The notes beneath the pieces were generated by a model that saw nothing but the letters and a program-made list of their open reading frames with translations, was not told the DNA's origin and did no database searches. Positions 14,935-26,821 of a DNA stretch of 64,000 nt are shown here, in pieces. This DNA is from Octopus vulgaris. Taxonomy: Eukaryota. The stretch is taken from NCBI GenBank assembly GCA_951406725.2, contig OX597832.1:53568001-53632000 (forward strand). The letters run 5' to 3'. A program made the translations under genes and the position numbers. The first letter of the stretch is position 1. Each line of letters begins with the position of its first letter.

Positions 14935-15325
14935 ATTTAAGCTTTTACGTATCAGAAATTTTAATAAAGATGGATTAAGTAATTTGAAGTATGATTTACG
15001 TGAGTTGAAGTCTGAGAAGCTGTTTACCCATGTAAAAGTTCATCTCGTGGAATTACACGCGGAAACAACAGAATACAAGTTAACTAAATCATACGTGACA
15101 CTTATGTCAAACAAAACAGAAAGATCAAAAATGATGGAACCACCAAACAAGACGAAAAGACCAAATGGGACGGAAAGACCAAATGGGACGGAAAGACCAA
15201 ACGGGACGGAAAGACCAAACGGGACGGAAAGACCAAACAAGACGGAAATATCAAACCAGACAGAAAGCTCAACCAAAACAGAAAGCACAAACATGACACA
15301 CATAACACTCAAGCCTAAGTTTTGA
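14935..15325 (+). CDS. Terminal coding exon of the GT7-family glycosyltransferase, with a repetitive C-terminal extension
   Basis: tgtttcAG acceptor, in phase with exon 362-457. Reads (R)FKLLRIRNFNKDGLSNLKYDLRELKSEKLFTHVKVHL, matching the GT7 C-terminus (DGL.. L.Y ... LYT.I.V). Then an extension of 18-bp repeats (PNGTER) to TGA at 15325. Confidence 0.82.
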
Positions 15326-15410
15326 ACAGATAATTGACTTTACGACTTGTGTGTGTTTATATATACATATTCATACATGCATATATAAATATTTACATAT
15401 ATATATATAA

Positions 15411-15444
<34 letters not shown>

Positions 15445-15449
<5 letters not shown>

Positions 15450-15900
15450 ATACATACGCACGTCCAGACCTATCCTACGCACTAATACTCTCTCATACAC
15501 ACACACACACCCTTATACATACTAATACATACTAATACATACACCAACACTATACATACACACGTCCAGACCTCTCCTACGCCTTAATAGCTGGTCATTC
15601 AACCCTATTATCAACCCTATTATCTCCCCTTGTTTCGCTCTCGCGTCTCATTTTTGATCTTTGACCTCTGGCCGAAATCAGATCGCCATGTTGATTCGTT
15701 AGTTACTGCACGCATTTTTTTTCTCTCCTTCTTTCTGTGTTTTTTTCTCTCTGTGTATCTTTCTGTTGAAGAGCGTAGGCTCGAAACGTTAAAGACTTGT
15801 TTTATTTATATTTCCTGAGCGCCATACTAATACAATTGTTTGTTTGTTTTCCACCTGCCTTCGTCTTTTGTCTATTTTCATAAAGCTTCCCGTTATATAA
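15445..15900 (+). mobile_element. Penelope-like element pLTR-type fragment between (TA)n tracts
   Basis: Bounded by (TA)n; contains a minimal hammerhead-like motif at 15758-15795. Confidence 0.55.
15758..15795 (+). ncRNA. Minimal type I hammerhead-like motif (variant core CUGUUGA)
   Basis: tcttt-CTGTTGA-a-gagc(gtag)gctc-GAAA-cg-TT-aaaga: stem I tcttt/aaaga, 4-bp stem II, palindromic ACGT stem III. Confidence 0.55.
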
Positions 15901-15919
15901 TCATATATATATATATATA

Positions 15920-16263
15920 TTACAGAGATGTACTTGCATAGCGCGTGACTTGATCTGAGATAATGATCTGGAACGAAAACAATTGCAGCGTGGAAGGTGT
16001 TTATAAGCCATTTAAGAAACACACAAAACCGTTAGATTCACTTCAACATTTAAATTTAATTTGTCAAAATATTTTCGGCGCTTTGAGGCCGTGACATGTT
16101 CACTGACAAAGCTTCGTGATGCAGCACGAAACTTTGTCAGTGAACATGTTGAGGCCTCAAAACGACGAAAATATTTTGACAAATTAAATTTAAATGTTGA
16201 AGTGAATCTAACGGTTTTGTGTGTTTCTTAGATGGCTTATAAACACCTTCCACGCTGCAATTG
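15920..16263. mobile_element. Palindromic Penelope-like repeat carrying two inverted GUGAACA-core hammerhead motifs
   Basis: ~140-bp inverted arms over 15980-16263 plus an unpaired tail 15920-15979; second family member at 59859-60200. Confidence 0.7.
16133..16183 (+). ncRNA. Type I hammerhead-like motif with G3:C8 core (GUGAACA)
   Basis: tttgtca-GTGAACA-t-gttg...cgac-GAAA-atat-TT-tgacaaa: 7-bp stem I, palindromic AATATT stem III. Mirror copy on the minus strand at 16060-16110. Confidence 0.6.
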
Positions 16264-16265
16264 TG

Positions 16266-16296
<31 letters not shown>

Positions 16297-16619
16297 CATA
16301 TATGTTTGTTACAACAAATGTACAGGAAACTGCACACACACTTACACACACACATGCATCGTCATGGATATGCATATATATATATATGTACAGGTAAGAT
16401 CCAAGCATCAAGGTGTAGGAAGTTAGTAATCTTCAAGCTCTCCATAGAAGGTATAAAAAAAATTCTTCAGGAACAATAATGGTTTATTAACATAGAAGAT
16501 TATAAATTTTTCCTATATCAAGGTTTGATAAGCTGAGAAAGTTATTTCATAGTTCGTGGTTAGCAGCTAGAGTTGCTGTCTATACATGCATGCATGCATA
16601 CATACATACATACATACAT

Positions 16620-19250
16620 ATGGGGAATAGCTGAAAATTTTCTATGAAATCCTTTTGTAGTCCACCTCAACAACAAATGACAGAGACTGTATTATTGTGG
16701 CTGGTGACTTCAATGGACACGTTGGACAGCATCCCCATGGATCCCAGGGAGTGAATGGGGACTATAGTTTTGGACCTAGAAATGAGGAGGGAACAAGACT
16801 GCTCAAGTTTTGTGATGGAAATGATCTCATGATTTGCAACACTAATTTCAAAAAACCACCCAGCCACCTAATCACTTATCAGTCTGGTGAGCACGAAAGC
16901 CAGATTGACTACCTCCTCACCAGGCAACGAGATAGATGGATGCTTAGAAATGCAAAGTCTTTCCCAGGTGAAGAGTGCACAACCCATTATAGGTTACTAG
17001 TTAGTGATTTCAGAATTAGAGCTAGAAAGACCCAGAGAAATAAACCAATGTGGAAAAGATGACTATGGAAATAAACCAATGTGGAAAAGAAGACTATGGA
17101 AGCTCAAATGCCCAGCAAACAGACAAAAATTTAGAGATTTACTAATGGAAGCTTCTGACAAAAGAAAGGAAAAGTTGGGGATATAGAGGACAACTGGAAG
17201 TTCTTGTGGGAGAATTTACTGAGGGCTACATTAGAGTTGATAGCAACATAATAGACAATTAAGGATATGAAGATAGGGAAAGACCCTGGGCCGTCAGGAA
17301 TCACTATAGAGATTATTAAAATCTCCGGTGGTGTAGGATACAACTTAGCCACCCATATAGCTAATCAGGTTATTCAGGAGGGCACCATCCCCAATGACTA
17401 GTGTATTATCAGGTCATCCCATAAGTTCTGTCCGATTTTACTTTTTTTTAAATTGAATGAAATTCAGTAGTATTTTAGAATGTCTAATGGAATTAAAAAT
17501 TATTTTTATGCCTTTGTGTGCATTTAAACTAATTAAATATTATTTTACAGAATAAAAGAATTAAAATTTCTTTGATTAGAACCCTTTCTAACATGGAAAT
17601 ATCCAAAGAACATTTAAGGCACATAATGTTTTGAGTACAAAAAAGGAAACTCTGCAGCTGAAGCGACTCAAAACATACACTCAGTTTATGGGAAAGAATG
17701 CTTGAATGAAAGAACTTGCAGAAGATGTTTTGCAAAATTCAGAAGTGAAGATTTCAGCCTTGAAGATGAAGATCAAACAGGACGTCCATTTGAGTTTGAT
17801 GATAAGCTCCTTGAGGCATTACTTGAAGAAAATCCTGCATTATCATTTGAAGAATTGGCAATAAAGCTTAGTTCAGACCATACAACTGTTCATCATCATC
17901 TTCAACAACTTGGAAACATTCTTAAACTTGGAAAATGGGTGCCTCATGAAATGTCCGAAAGCAACCGCAAATCCTGAGTTGATGTCTGCTCTTCTCTCCA
18001 TTCTCACAAACTCATTTCACCCTTTTTGTATAGACTTGTGACTGGTGACGAAAAATGGATTTTCCATCGAAATGTTGAACATCGTAAACAGTGGCTTGGT
18101 AAAAGGGAAAAGCTCAATCACAACCGAGAAGGGAACTTCATGGAAAAAAGGTTCTTCTCTCTATCTGGTGGGATTGCAAAGGAGTAATTCACTTTGAATT
18201 GTTAGCACCTAATGCAACACTCAATGCTCAAGTCTACTGTCAGCAATTAGAGCATTTGAACCAAGCTTTGAAGGAAAAAAGACCCGCTTTACTGAATCGA
18301 AAAGGAATGATGTTTCATCAGGACAATGCCTGACCCCACACCACAAAGATCACATCACAGAAGATCAAAGAGCTTAGTTGGGAAAAAGTTCCTCATCCAC
18401 CTTATTCTCCCGACCTTGCTCCTTCAGACTACCATTTGTTTTGTAGTTTACAGAATCATTTGGGGAACATAACTTTTGCAAGCCAGGAGGAGGTCGAAAC
18501 TGATAATTCAGAGTTCTTCACTTTGAAACCAAAAGAGTTTTACATTGATGGGATTAAAAAGCTTGTAAATAGATGGAAGGAAGTCAGAGATAATCATGGA
18601 AAGTACATTGATGATTAAATTTCAATTAAATATAACATTTGATCACTTGTTTTCTTTATTCAAAATTCAGACAGAATTTATGGGATTACCTGATAGTATT
18701 ACATTTAGCTGCTACAAGGGTAAAAGTGTTGCCTTAGATAGAAACAACAACAGAGGCATTAAATTGCTAGACAAAGCCATTAAAGTTACTGAGACAGTTA
18801 CAGCTCAATTGATTAGAAATAGAATTAAACTAGATGAGATGCAGTTTGGTTTTGTACTTGAGAAGAGTATCACAGATGCCATCTTCCTAGTGAGACAACT
18901 GCAAGAAAAGTAAGCCATTGTACTTAGCCTTCGTAGACCTGGAGAAAATTCCCTGCTCTCTTATATGGTGGTCTCTAAGGAAATTAGGAGTAGAGGAGTG
19001 GCTTGTTAGAGCTGTACAAACCATGTACAGTGGTGTTGTCAGGAGGGTGAGAGTCAGCCATGAATACAGTGATGAATTTAACATATAGGTAGGGGTTCAC
19101 CAGGGTCAGTTCTCAGCCCACTCTTATTCATTATAGTCCTCCAGGCCATAACAGAGGAATTCAAAACTGGGTGCCCTTCGGAACTGCTATATGCTGATGA
19201 CCTTGCTCTTATTGTAGATTCTTTAGTAGAATTGGAGAAGAAATTCCAGT
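16620..19250 (+). mobile_element. Degenerate RTE-clade LINE (endonuclease and RT fragments), interrupted by a mariner
   Basis: APE motifs VAGDFNGHVG and SQIDYLL; RT motifs CYKGK..LDRNN.RGIKLL, MQFGF, FVDLEK, GVHQGS.LSPLLF, LLYADD; multiple stops and frameshifts. Confidence 0.88.
17409..18693 (+). mobile_element. Full-length (~1.29 kb) mariner with a pseudogenised D,D34D transposase
   Basis: TIRs tcaggtcatcccataagttctgtc / gacagaatttatgggattacctga with TA TSD. Motifs MEISKEHLRHIM, WVPHEM, TGDEKW, HQDNA*PH and YSPDLAPSDYHLF, with stops and frameshifts. Confidence 0.92.
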
Positions 19251-19994
19251 GGGACTGAACCTAGAACAATGTGGTTGGGAAGCAAGATTCTTACCACACA
19301 GCCATGTCTGCACCTACCTTACCATGCAGCCCCACCTGCTTTTTCAGCTTCAATCTACCAAATTCACTCACAAGGCTTTGATCAGAATAGAGTTATAGAG
19401 GAAAATACTTGTCCAAGGTGCCACACAGTGGGACTGAACTCAGAACCATGTGGCTGAAAAGCAAACTTCTCAGTGCACAGCCATGTGTACTGTGTGCCTT
19501 GATATAAAAAAAAATAAGTAGCCACCCTAAATATGAAAGAAAGACTTAAATAATGGAGGATTTAATTTTGGAATCAAAATATTACATCATTAATTCTGTT
19601 TATAATGTTTATTAACAGTCCGATGTTCACACACACACATGCACACACACACACTATAACAATGAGGTTAATCACAGCAAATTTACAGAAAGAATATCAT
19701 TTTAACTGCTGCATGCTGTTCTCAAATCCTATGTCAGACATGACTAATCAACCCAATGGTGAAAGACAGTCCAACACCATCCGCCATTTATTTATTTGTA
19801 ATGTAACTGGATCTACATCATTCACTGTGTCCTTTCTTCGATTAGGGTAGTAGGGTGTGATTTCAGTGAGATTTTACTGCTATTTCTAGCAGCTGAAGCA
19901 ACTGCATGCATTCACTGCTCACTTTGTATCAAGCTGTTATGAATGGCTTTTCAATTAAGATGTTAGTAAAGATTTAATTCAACCTGAAAATATA

Positions 19995-20683
19995 AATAAT
20001 AATAATAATGAAATTATTGTATACAGTGCTCAGGTGCACCACAACTTGTCAGAAAGTGCGTATAAAGTATATGCGGTAATGTACAAATGTCTGGAAAGCG
20101 AACAATGTATGAGTCAGATACATGCTTGTGTGTGTATGGAGGGGAGAAAATCAGGTGTAGTGTTGGCGAATCTCAGAAAGCATGGAAGTTTTGAAGGATG
20201 CAGTGCTCCGACAACTAACAACTGATGCCGGCAGTTTGTTACATGCTTCAGCAACTCTCAGCGTGAAAAAATGTTTCCTAAAGTCATGGGAGCTGTGCTG
20301 TTTTCTGACTTTGTAAATATGTCCACGGGTGTTAGATGGGTGAAGTTTGAAAAGGTGCTCAGAGTTATTGTTTGTAAGATGGTTGATAATTTTATGGGTG
20401 TCTGCCAAGTCAGCTGCCAGACGTTGGAGTTTCAATGTGTCCATGCCCAGGGAAGTAAGGCGTTCAGAATATGGCAAATGCCTGATGGAGGGTATTCTTT
20501 TGGTTGCACGTCGCTGAACAGCTTCCAGACGATTGATATCCTGGGCAAGATAGGGGTTCCAGACTGGTGATGCAAATTCCAGGTGAGGTCTTACCATAGC
20601 TATATAAAGCCGCAGATAGATAGTCGGAGAGCGGCTCACAAAGGATTTGGTGAGTGATGCCAAGACACCCTCAGCCTTCTTGA
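19995..20683 (-). mobile_element. 5'-truncated CR1/L2-type LINE 3' end
   Basis: ORF 20151-20663 has RPHLEFASPVWNPY, LEAVQRRATK and TRGH (RT C-terminal region), then 3' UTR and (TTA)n tail. A shorter copy of the same 3' end is at ~40996-41212(+). Confidence 0.85.
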
Positions 20684-20934
20684 TTTATCTTTGTAACAGG
20701 CAGCAAATTCAATGCCTACAAAACCTCTAACCCCACTAAAATGGATGTATATGTTGGTCACCGTATCTTTGTAATCTCGCTAATCTGGAAACATACAAAT
20801 AAAAACTTTTATTAGAAAAATGCCTGCGATGATAAGAATTAAAATATGTCAAAATGAACTAGATTTAATCAATGTGGCTGAGACTCGTTAAAGGAACTGT
20901 AATAAATAAATGCTCTACATGGGTTGGTGAAGGG

Positions 20935-21161
20935 CTGTGGTTCTCAACCAGAGTTTGTATGAGATTTTGGTGTTAAAGTCTTTTGAGTAATATGTTGGTT
21001 ATATTCCTACAACACACAATACAAAGAATCTTAACAATTCTTTATACAATTCCTAATAATATTTAACTCTAAAAATATAATAGGACTGTTTTTTTAAGCA
21101 TCAAATGGTTATGGGGATCCACCTGAGTAAAATAGGTAAAAGAAATAGTTGGGAACCACTG
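20935..21161. mobile_element. hAT-type MITE
   Basis: Termini ctgtggttctcaac / gttgggaaccactg resemble hAT-Charlie TIRs. Confidence 0.5.
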
Positions 21162-22162
21162 GGTTCATTTGGGTGTGAGAGGTCCCAGGTTGGAATCCTG
21201 GATGAGCTCATTGCTACTCTTTGTTTCATCTACAGATTCTTTTTCTGGCAGTACCCCAGCATGGCCACAGCCTTTGGGCTGAAACACATAAATGAATGAA
21301 AGAATTAAAATTATTTTTAATGACAAACAATTCACTTCTCAGTGCAGGATTAAAGGACTTTGAGACAGTCTGCTTATTAATTCCAGTCATATATATATAT
21401 ATCATCATCATCATCGTTTTACGTCCGCTTTCCATGCTGGCATGGGTTGGACGTTTTGACTGAGGACTGGTGATCCAGAGGCTGCACCAGGCTCAATCTG
21501 ATCTAGCAAAGTTACTACAGCTGGATGCCCTTCCTAACACCAACCACTCCAAGAGAATAGTGGGTGTTTTTTACGTGCCAGCAGCACGAAGGCTAGTCAG
21601 TCAGTTCTGGCAACAACCACGCTCAAAAGATGTTTTTACAAGATAGCTGCATGGGAGCTTGAATGTTGTTTTTCACCAATATTAATTATATGAACAAGGC
21701 AGTGAGCTGGCAGAATTGTTAGCATGCCAGGCAAAATGCTTACTGACATTTTGTCCATCTTTACATTCTGAGTTCAAATTCCACTGATGCTGACTCTGCC
21801 TTTTATCCTTTTTGTGGGGATCGACAAAATAAGTACCAGTTGAGAACTTGGGTCAATACAGTTGATAACCTCCTCCTGTGAAATTGCCAGCCCAGTGCCG
21901 AAATTTGAACTCAATATTTATTAAGTATGATTTTGTTGTGATGAGATTACGATGCCCCCTTGTGAGAGATAGATGGGTCCAAGTAAAGTATAAATAGTAA
22001 CAATCCAAGTGAGATTCAGAGTTTGGAATCAAGTAAAGTTCATTTGCAGGGAAGTCAGAAGGGGTTGGTTGGTTAGTTCACAAGGAATATTGTTTGTTGG
22101 TTTGTAAAGAGATTTGTTAGTTCATTGTTTTTACTGTTGTCTGGTTATCTTTATTTATTACT

Positions 22163-22555
22163 CGTTTACTTGTTTCAGTCATTTAACTGTGGCCATGCTG
22201 GAGCACCACCTTTAGTCGAGCAAATCAACCCCAGTCCTTATTCTTAGTAAGCCTAGTACTTATTCTATCGGTTTCTTCTGCCAAACCGCTAAGTTACGGG
22301 GACGTTAACACACCACCATCAGTTGTCAAGCGATGTTGGGGAGGGGGACAAACACAGACACACAAACACACATATATACATATACATATATATGATGGGC
22401 TTCTTTCAGTTTCCGTCTACCAAATCCACTCACAACTCTTTGGTCAGCCTGAGGCTATAGTAGAAGACACTAGCCCAAGGTGCCACACAATGGGACTGAA
22501 CCCAGAACCATGTGGTTGGTAAGCAAGCTACTTACCACACAGCCACTCCTGCACC
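22163..22555 (-). mobile_element. tRNA-derived SINE (most abundant family in the window)
   Basis: Head ggagtggctgtgtggtaag...ggttcagtccca, internal (TA/TG)n, tail ggtgctccagcatggccgcagtc..gactgaaacaagtaaaagag. Other copies: 27353-27782(+), 30515-30923(-), 31458-31850(+), 38620-39045(-), 39684-40069(+), 40497-40898(-), 54567-54935(+), 58045-59012(+, with nested insertions), 60745-61153(-). Confidence 0.85.
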
Positions 22556-22838
22556 TGATATCGTACATAAAAAATTAAGTTACAACAGATTTATATAATA
22601 TTAATATTTTTATGACCTTAAAACTCATAAGCAATCACCATGTTTTAATTAAAGTAAATCAATACATGGTGATTGCTTATAAGCTTTAAGTTTATAAAAT
22701 ATTATTATTATTATTTACAGAATTGCAAAACTTGGCACTGCTTATCAAATCACGAACAAAAACACACATGACTTACATAGTTTTGTTGAGTATTTCAAAG
22801 GAATTTCATTATTGATAAACTAAAGGAAACATATTTAC

Positions 22839-23109
22839 CTCTTATAGCCATCCAGGCATCATTCTCAGTATTGTGTTTCCTCAGTTCTTCTGGGGTGACA
22901 TCAATTACCTTTCCCCCGATTCCAGTAAGGTCTTCACCACTTCGCGATAAGCGTATCCAGTCCATTAAGGATCGGCATTCCTTCAGAGCAACTTTGTTGC
23001 GTCCACCTGAAGACGCAGAAGATGATGAAGAACGCTGCTGGGAATCGGCAGCAGGAAACTGAGGAACCATGTTCTTCACAGCTTGCTGTTTGTCAACTGA
23101 CTTGTCCAT
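22839..23109 (-). pseudogene. CYB5R4: Duplicated first coding exon of CYB5R4 (partial gene copy)
   Basis: Same 90-aa translation as 36977-37247, with intact acceptor (23186-23187) and GT donor (22837-22838). No copy of the HPGG or later exons is visible downstream on the minus strand. Confidence 0.8.
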
Positions 23110-24787
23110 GCAGCTATTATTTCTACCTGCACCGTTAGGACTAACTGGTCTTGATCGGGACTTGCCACACCCCAGTTTGAATTATCTGCAAAGAATATTT
23201 AAAATAAAAGCTAAGAAAAAAAATAAAGTTCCAAATAAATGAAAAATAAATGTTTAGGCAACAATAAATTGGGTAAAGCACCATCATGTGGAAGAAGTAC
23301 CATATAAGAAGTACTATATAAGAAGTACATATATAAGATGCACATTTTCCAAAATAAAAAAAATGAAATGAAAAATACCTCACTCTTGGCCCTACATGCA
23401 AAGTTGAGCCTCCCATAAGCTAATTTTGTTCCTGAATGCACAAAAATTTTTTTCCTGGATATGTGTTGTTGAAAGTAGGGTGAGGTGCATCTAACATGCC
23501 TGTGAGTCTTTCATGCCATCAAATTACAGTAATATAAAGACAGACAAGCTTTACTGTAGATAGTTGCTTTAACCCTGTTGCATTTAAAATGGCCATATCC
23601 AGCCAAAATATACCTCCTGTTTTATGGTCAAACTGACTTGATCTAAGCTCTAACATCTACCCTATAATGCCATTCTAAGAATAGACAATAACATCATCAA
23701 AATCTCAAAGTTATGAGACAATACCTGATTAATTCAAAACAACATGAATAAATAAGCTTTACATTTGGCAGAGTAATTTGAACGCAAAAGGGTTAACATT
23801 TTCAAAGTGTGTTATAAATAAAAATTTATTTTATTTCTTTTTTATGGTCATTTTAATTTTTATTATTGGTTCTTATTTTTTAATAACTATTTCAATAATT
23901 CATACACCTGTCCTGAGTATGACTTTAAAACGAATCATTAATAATTATTTCATTGATTCATACATCAGTCCTGAGTATGAGTTTAAACTGCATCTGATTG
24001 TAGGGTCTTGGTTCCAGAGCCCTAGGGTTATGAGAAGTGTTAGATCACCTCTTAGACAATATTGTTCCCAGGTCTATTCTAACCCTGAGTAGTAGCACCC
24101 GTCACAATCCCTGTTATAGGTTCATTAGCATGTAACCCCCCCCCCCCCAAGCCAGGATACGTTGCAATCATAGGATGCAGCATAGTGGATGAGAACTACT
24201 ATGGTAACTGAACATATAAAATCAATGGCAAATATCACTAGATGCTGAACAGATGAACAGACAAAAAACTGCCAACAGCCAGGATCAACCAATTCAGTTA
24301 CTGAACTACTGCTGTCGTTTGTAGTCATAGCATGGGCAAAGAGATATTTAGTTAGCAAAAGACCAAAAACCCAAGCCAGACCTTCGTACCTCATCACTGG
24401 ATCAGAACGTCTGGCAGGGAAAAATTGCTTTGGTTCAGGCAAGTTATCCGGACAGGTTGATTCATTCATCAACTCTGACTATTTGAAGACTCTCATCTTC
24501 TATTTGAACCCCTCACCCTACTGTTCGCTACCTCCTGGTGGCCAACTTTATTACCTTTTCCAGTCGTTTTAATAGTAAAGTGGACACAAATATATTTGAT
24601 GTAAAAAGCTATGAAATTTTAATTAATTAAAAACACACTCCAAATGTCAAGAATAATCATTATCAAAATAATAAATTGGATTATCAAAAATACAGTAAAT
24701 CAAGGGAGGCAAATCTGAAATCTTTCTAAAGTTCATTAAAAATAGCGGACATTGGGAAGTAAATCTGATCTTTGGAAATATGGGGGT

Positions 24788-24824
24788 AACTCCAGGAGCA
24801 TGTTTCGGCCTCATCAGTAAAGTT
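24788..24824 (-). ncRNA. Degenerate minimal hammerhead-like motif in a Penelope-like fragment
   Basis: Minus strand aacttta-CTGATGA-ggcc-GAAA-catg-ctcc-tggagtt: stem I pairs with GU wobbles; the stem III/cleavage junction has extra bases. Confidence 0.45.
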
Positions 24825-26408
24825 TAGCCTAGCTGTTACTGCAAGACCTGAGAATGACTTGAGATATAATTTCAGGTTGGATGTATATATAACTGAAATG
24901 GTGCATGGTATCAGCTATATACGAACAGTGGAAAATATGAATGGTGGTGTATGATCGTTGTCTAAATTTTGTAAGACCACGGAAGAGAAGAAGCCAACAT
25001 AAGCATAAGGACTAGCTTAGAAACCATTATTATTACCATTAGTTATTGAAAGTAAGGTGGCGAGCTGCCAGAATCGTTAGCACGCCGGGCGAAATGCTTA
25101 GCGGTATTTCGTCTGCCGATACGTTCTGAGTTCAAATTCCGCTGAGGTCGACTTTGCCTTTCATCCTTTCGGGGTCGATGTAATCAACTTAATCCGTTTG
25201 TCCCCTCTGTGTTTAGCCCCTTGTGGGTAGTAAAGAAATAAGTATTTCGTTTGCCGAAACGTTCTGAGTTCAAATTCCGCCGAGGTCGACTTTGCCTTTC
25301 ATCCTTTCAGGGTCGATAAATAAAGTACCAGTTTCGCATTGAGGTCGATGTAATCAACTTAATCCGTTTGTCTGTCTTTATTTGTCCCCTCTGTGTTTAG
25401 CCCCTTGTGGGTAATAAAGAAATAGGTATTTCATCTGTCACTACGTTCTGAGTTCAAATTCCGTCGGAGTCGCTAAATTAAGTGCAGTGAAACAGTGGGG
25501 TCGATGTAATCGACTAGTTTCCTCCCCCAAAATTTCAGGGCCTGTGCCTTCATTATAAAGGGTTTTGTTATTTATTGAAATTGCTATTGGACGAGTATGT
25601 TCGAGATGAGTTACTGAGGATAGAGATTGTTCTGCGTGTATCCATTCAGTTTCTGGGTTTCTCTGTGTTACGTGAAACTGTGGTTGTATGTATATTGTTG
25701 TTTTTTGAGAGGGTGTGCCATGCAGCTTACCTCTATTTTTACCTCTAACTATGAGGTGAGAGTTTGTGAATTGATGAGATGGAAAAAAGAGAGGGGAGAG
25801 AGAGAGAGACTCCTCCTCGGTTAAATTCACATCGACTCTTCCAAGTTCCAGTTGAAAAAGGAAAACGAAATGGGGGAGAAGAGGCTTTTCTCCAGTAAAT
25901 TTGTTGAATGTTAGTTATCAGTGGCGAATGTGGCAAGTGTGAATGTGTTTACTCCCAACATGCGTCTATAGGTTGGCGAACGACGGTAGGCAAAGGGTAC
26001 TCATCTTTGGTGATCCATGTAACCTTAGATCAGTTGCAATTCTTGATTGGCTTTAGTTAGCTGTCCTTCTGCTCCAAGGGAGCCTATCATCACCAGATTC
26101 ATGTGTAAACCTCACCAATCTCAATTTATCATATTCTATTCTAACCAAATTGAGTGACTAAATATGCATCTGTAAGTTGACGGTAAGAACTGGGAGAATG
26201 CTTTTGCTTTTGTGGCACCAAGCTAAACAGGGATTGTGTTGTTTTTTTAAATTATTATTATTTAATTTGACGGAGGAGGTCTCCAGGATCTTTCCATGCA
26301 GTTGTCTCCCATGTTGGGAATCTTTTTTTTTTTATTATTATTGGTTTATTATACTTCGTTTTACTTTTATTCATCTTTTTTTTTTGTCTTTTAGTCACGA
26401 AAGAAAGT

Positions 26409-26821
26409 AGTTCCCTTTATTCGGAAAGACTTCCTCCCCTATTTTTTTTTTGCCACCCCGCCCCCGTTTTCGGATATGGAGATTCCGGAAAATTGTCAAA
26501 AACCGGCATTTTGAAATTTCGCACCCCCTCTTTCCCCCCGTCCCCGCCCAATTCATTTTAAAATTTCTTTTCCCAAACCCTTACTCTAAAACCCTAACCC
26601 TAAAATCCTAACCCTAACTACAAAATTTTGTGGAAATTTTTTCAGGATCACAATCTCCGTATTTTCCCGCATATTTTGAAAGAAAAAATCTGAAAAAAGT
26701 TTAACAATGGAGAAGTCAGTGGGAGGTTAATTTCAAAATGCCGATTTTTGCCAATTTCTTATCAGATTTGTATTCTCCGTAGCCGAAAAATTCAAAAGGG
26801 GGTAGGGGTACAAAAGGAACT
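26409..26821. mobile_element. MITE with imperfect long TIRs and internal CCCTAA repeats
   Basis: aaattgtcaaaaaccggcattttgaaatt versus aatttcaaaatgccgatttttgccaattt; ends agttcc/ggaact. Confidence 0.55.

Larger units (their letters stand above)
22545..24982 (-). repeat. Inverted segmental duplicate of 35160-37544
   Basis: Reverse complement aligns with 35160-37544 along the whole length, with scattered substitutions and a few indels (22-bp and ~30-bp gaps in the plus copy). Confidence 0.93.

Noticed and set aside
23778-24472. 104/115-aa ORFs shared with 35650-36311
   Set aside because: Shared only because of the recent inverted duplication; no motifs or splice support.
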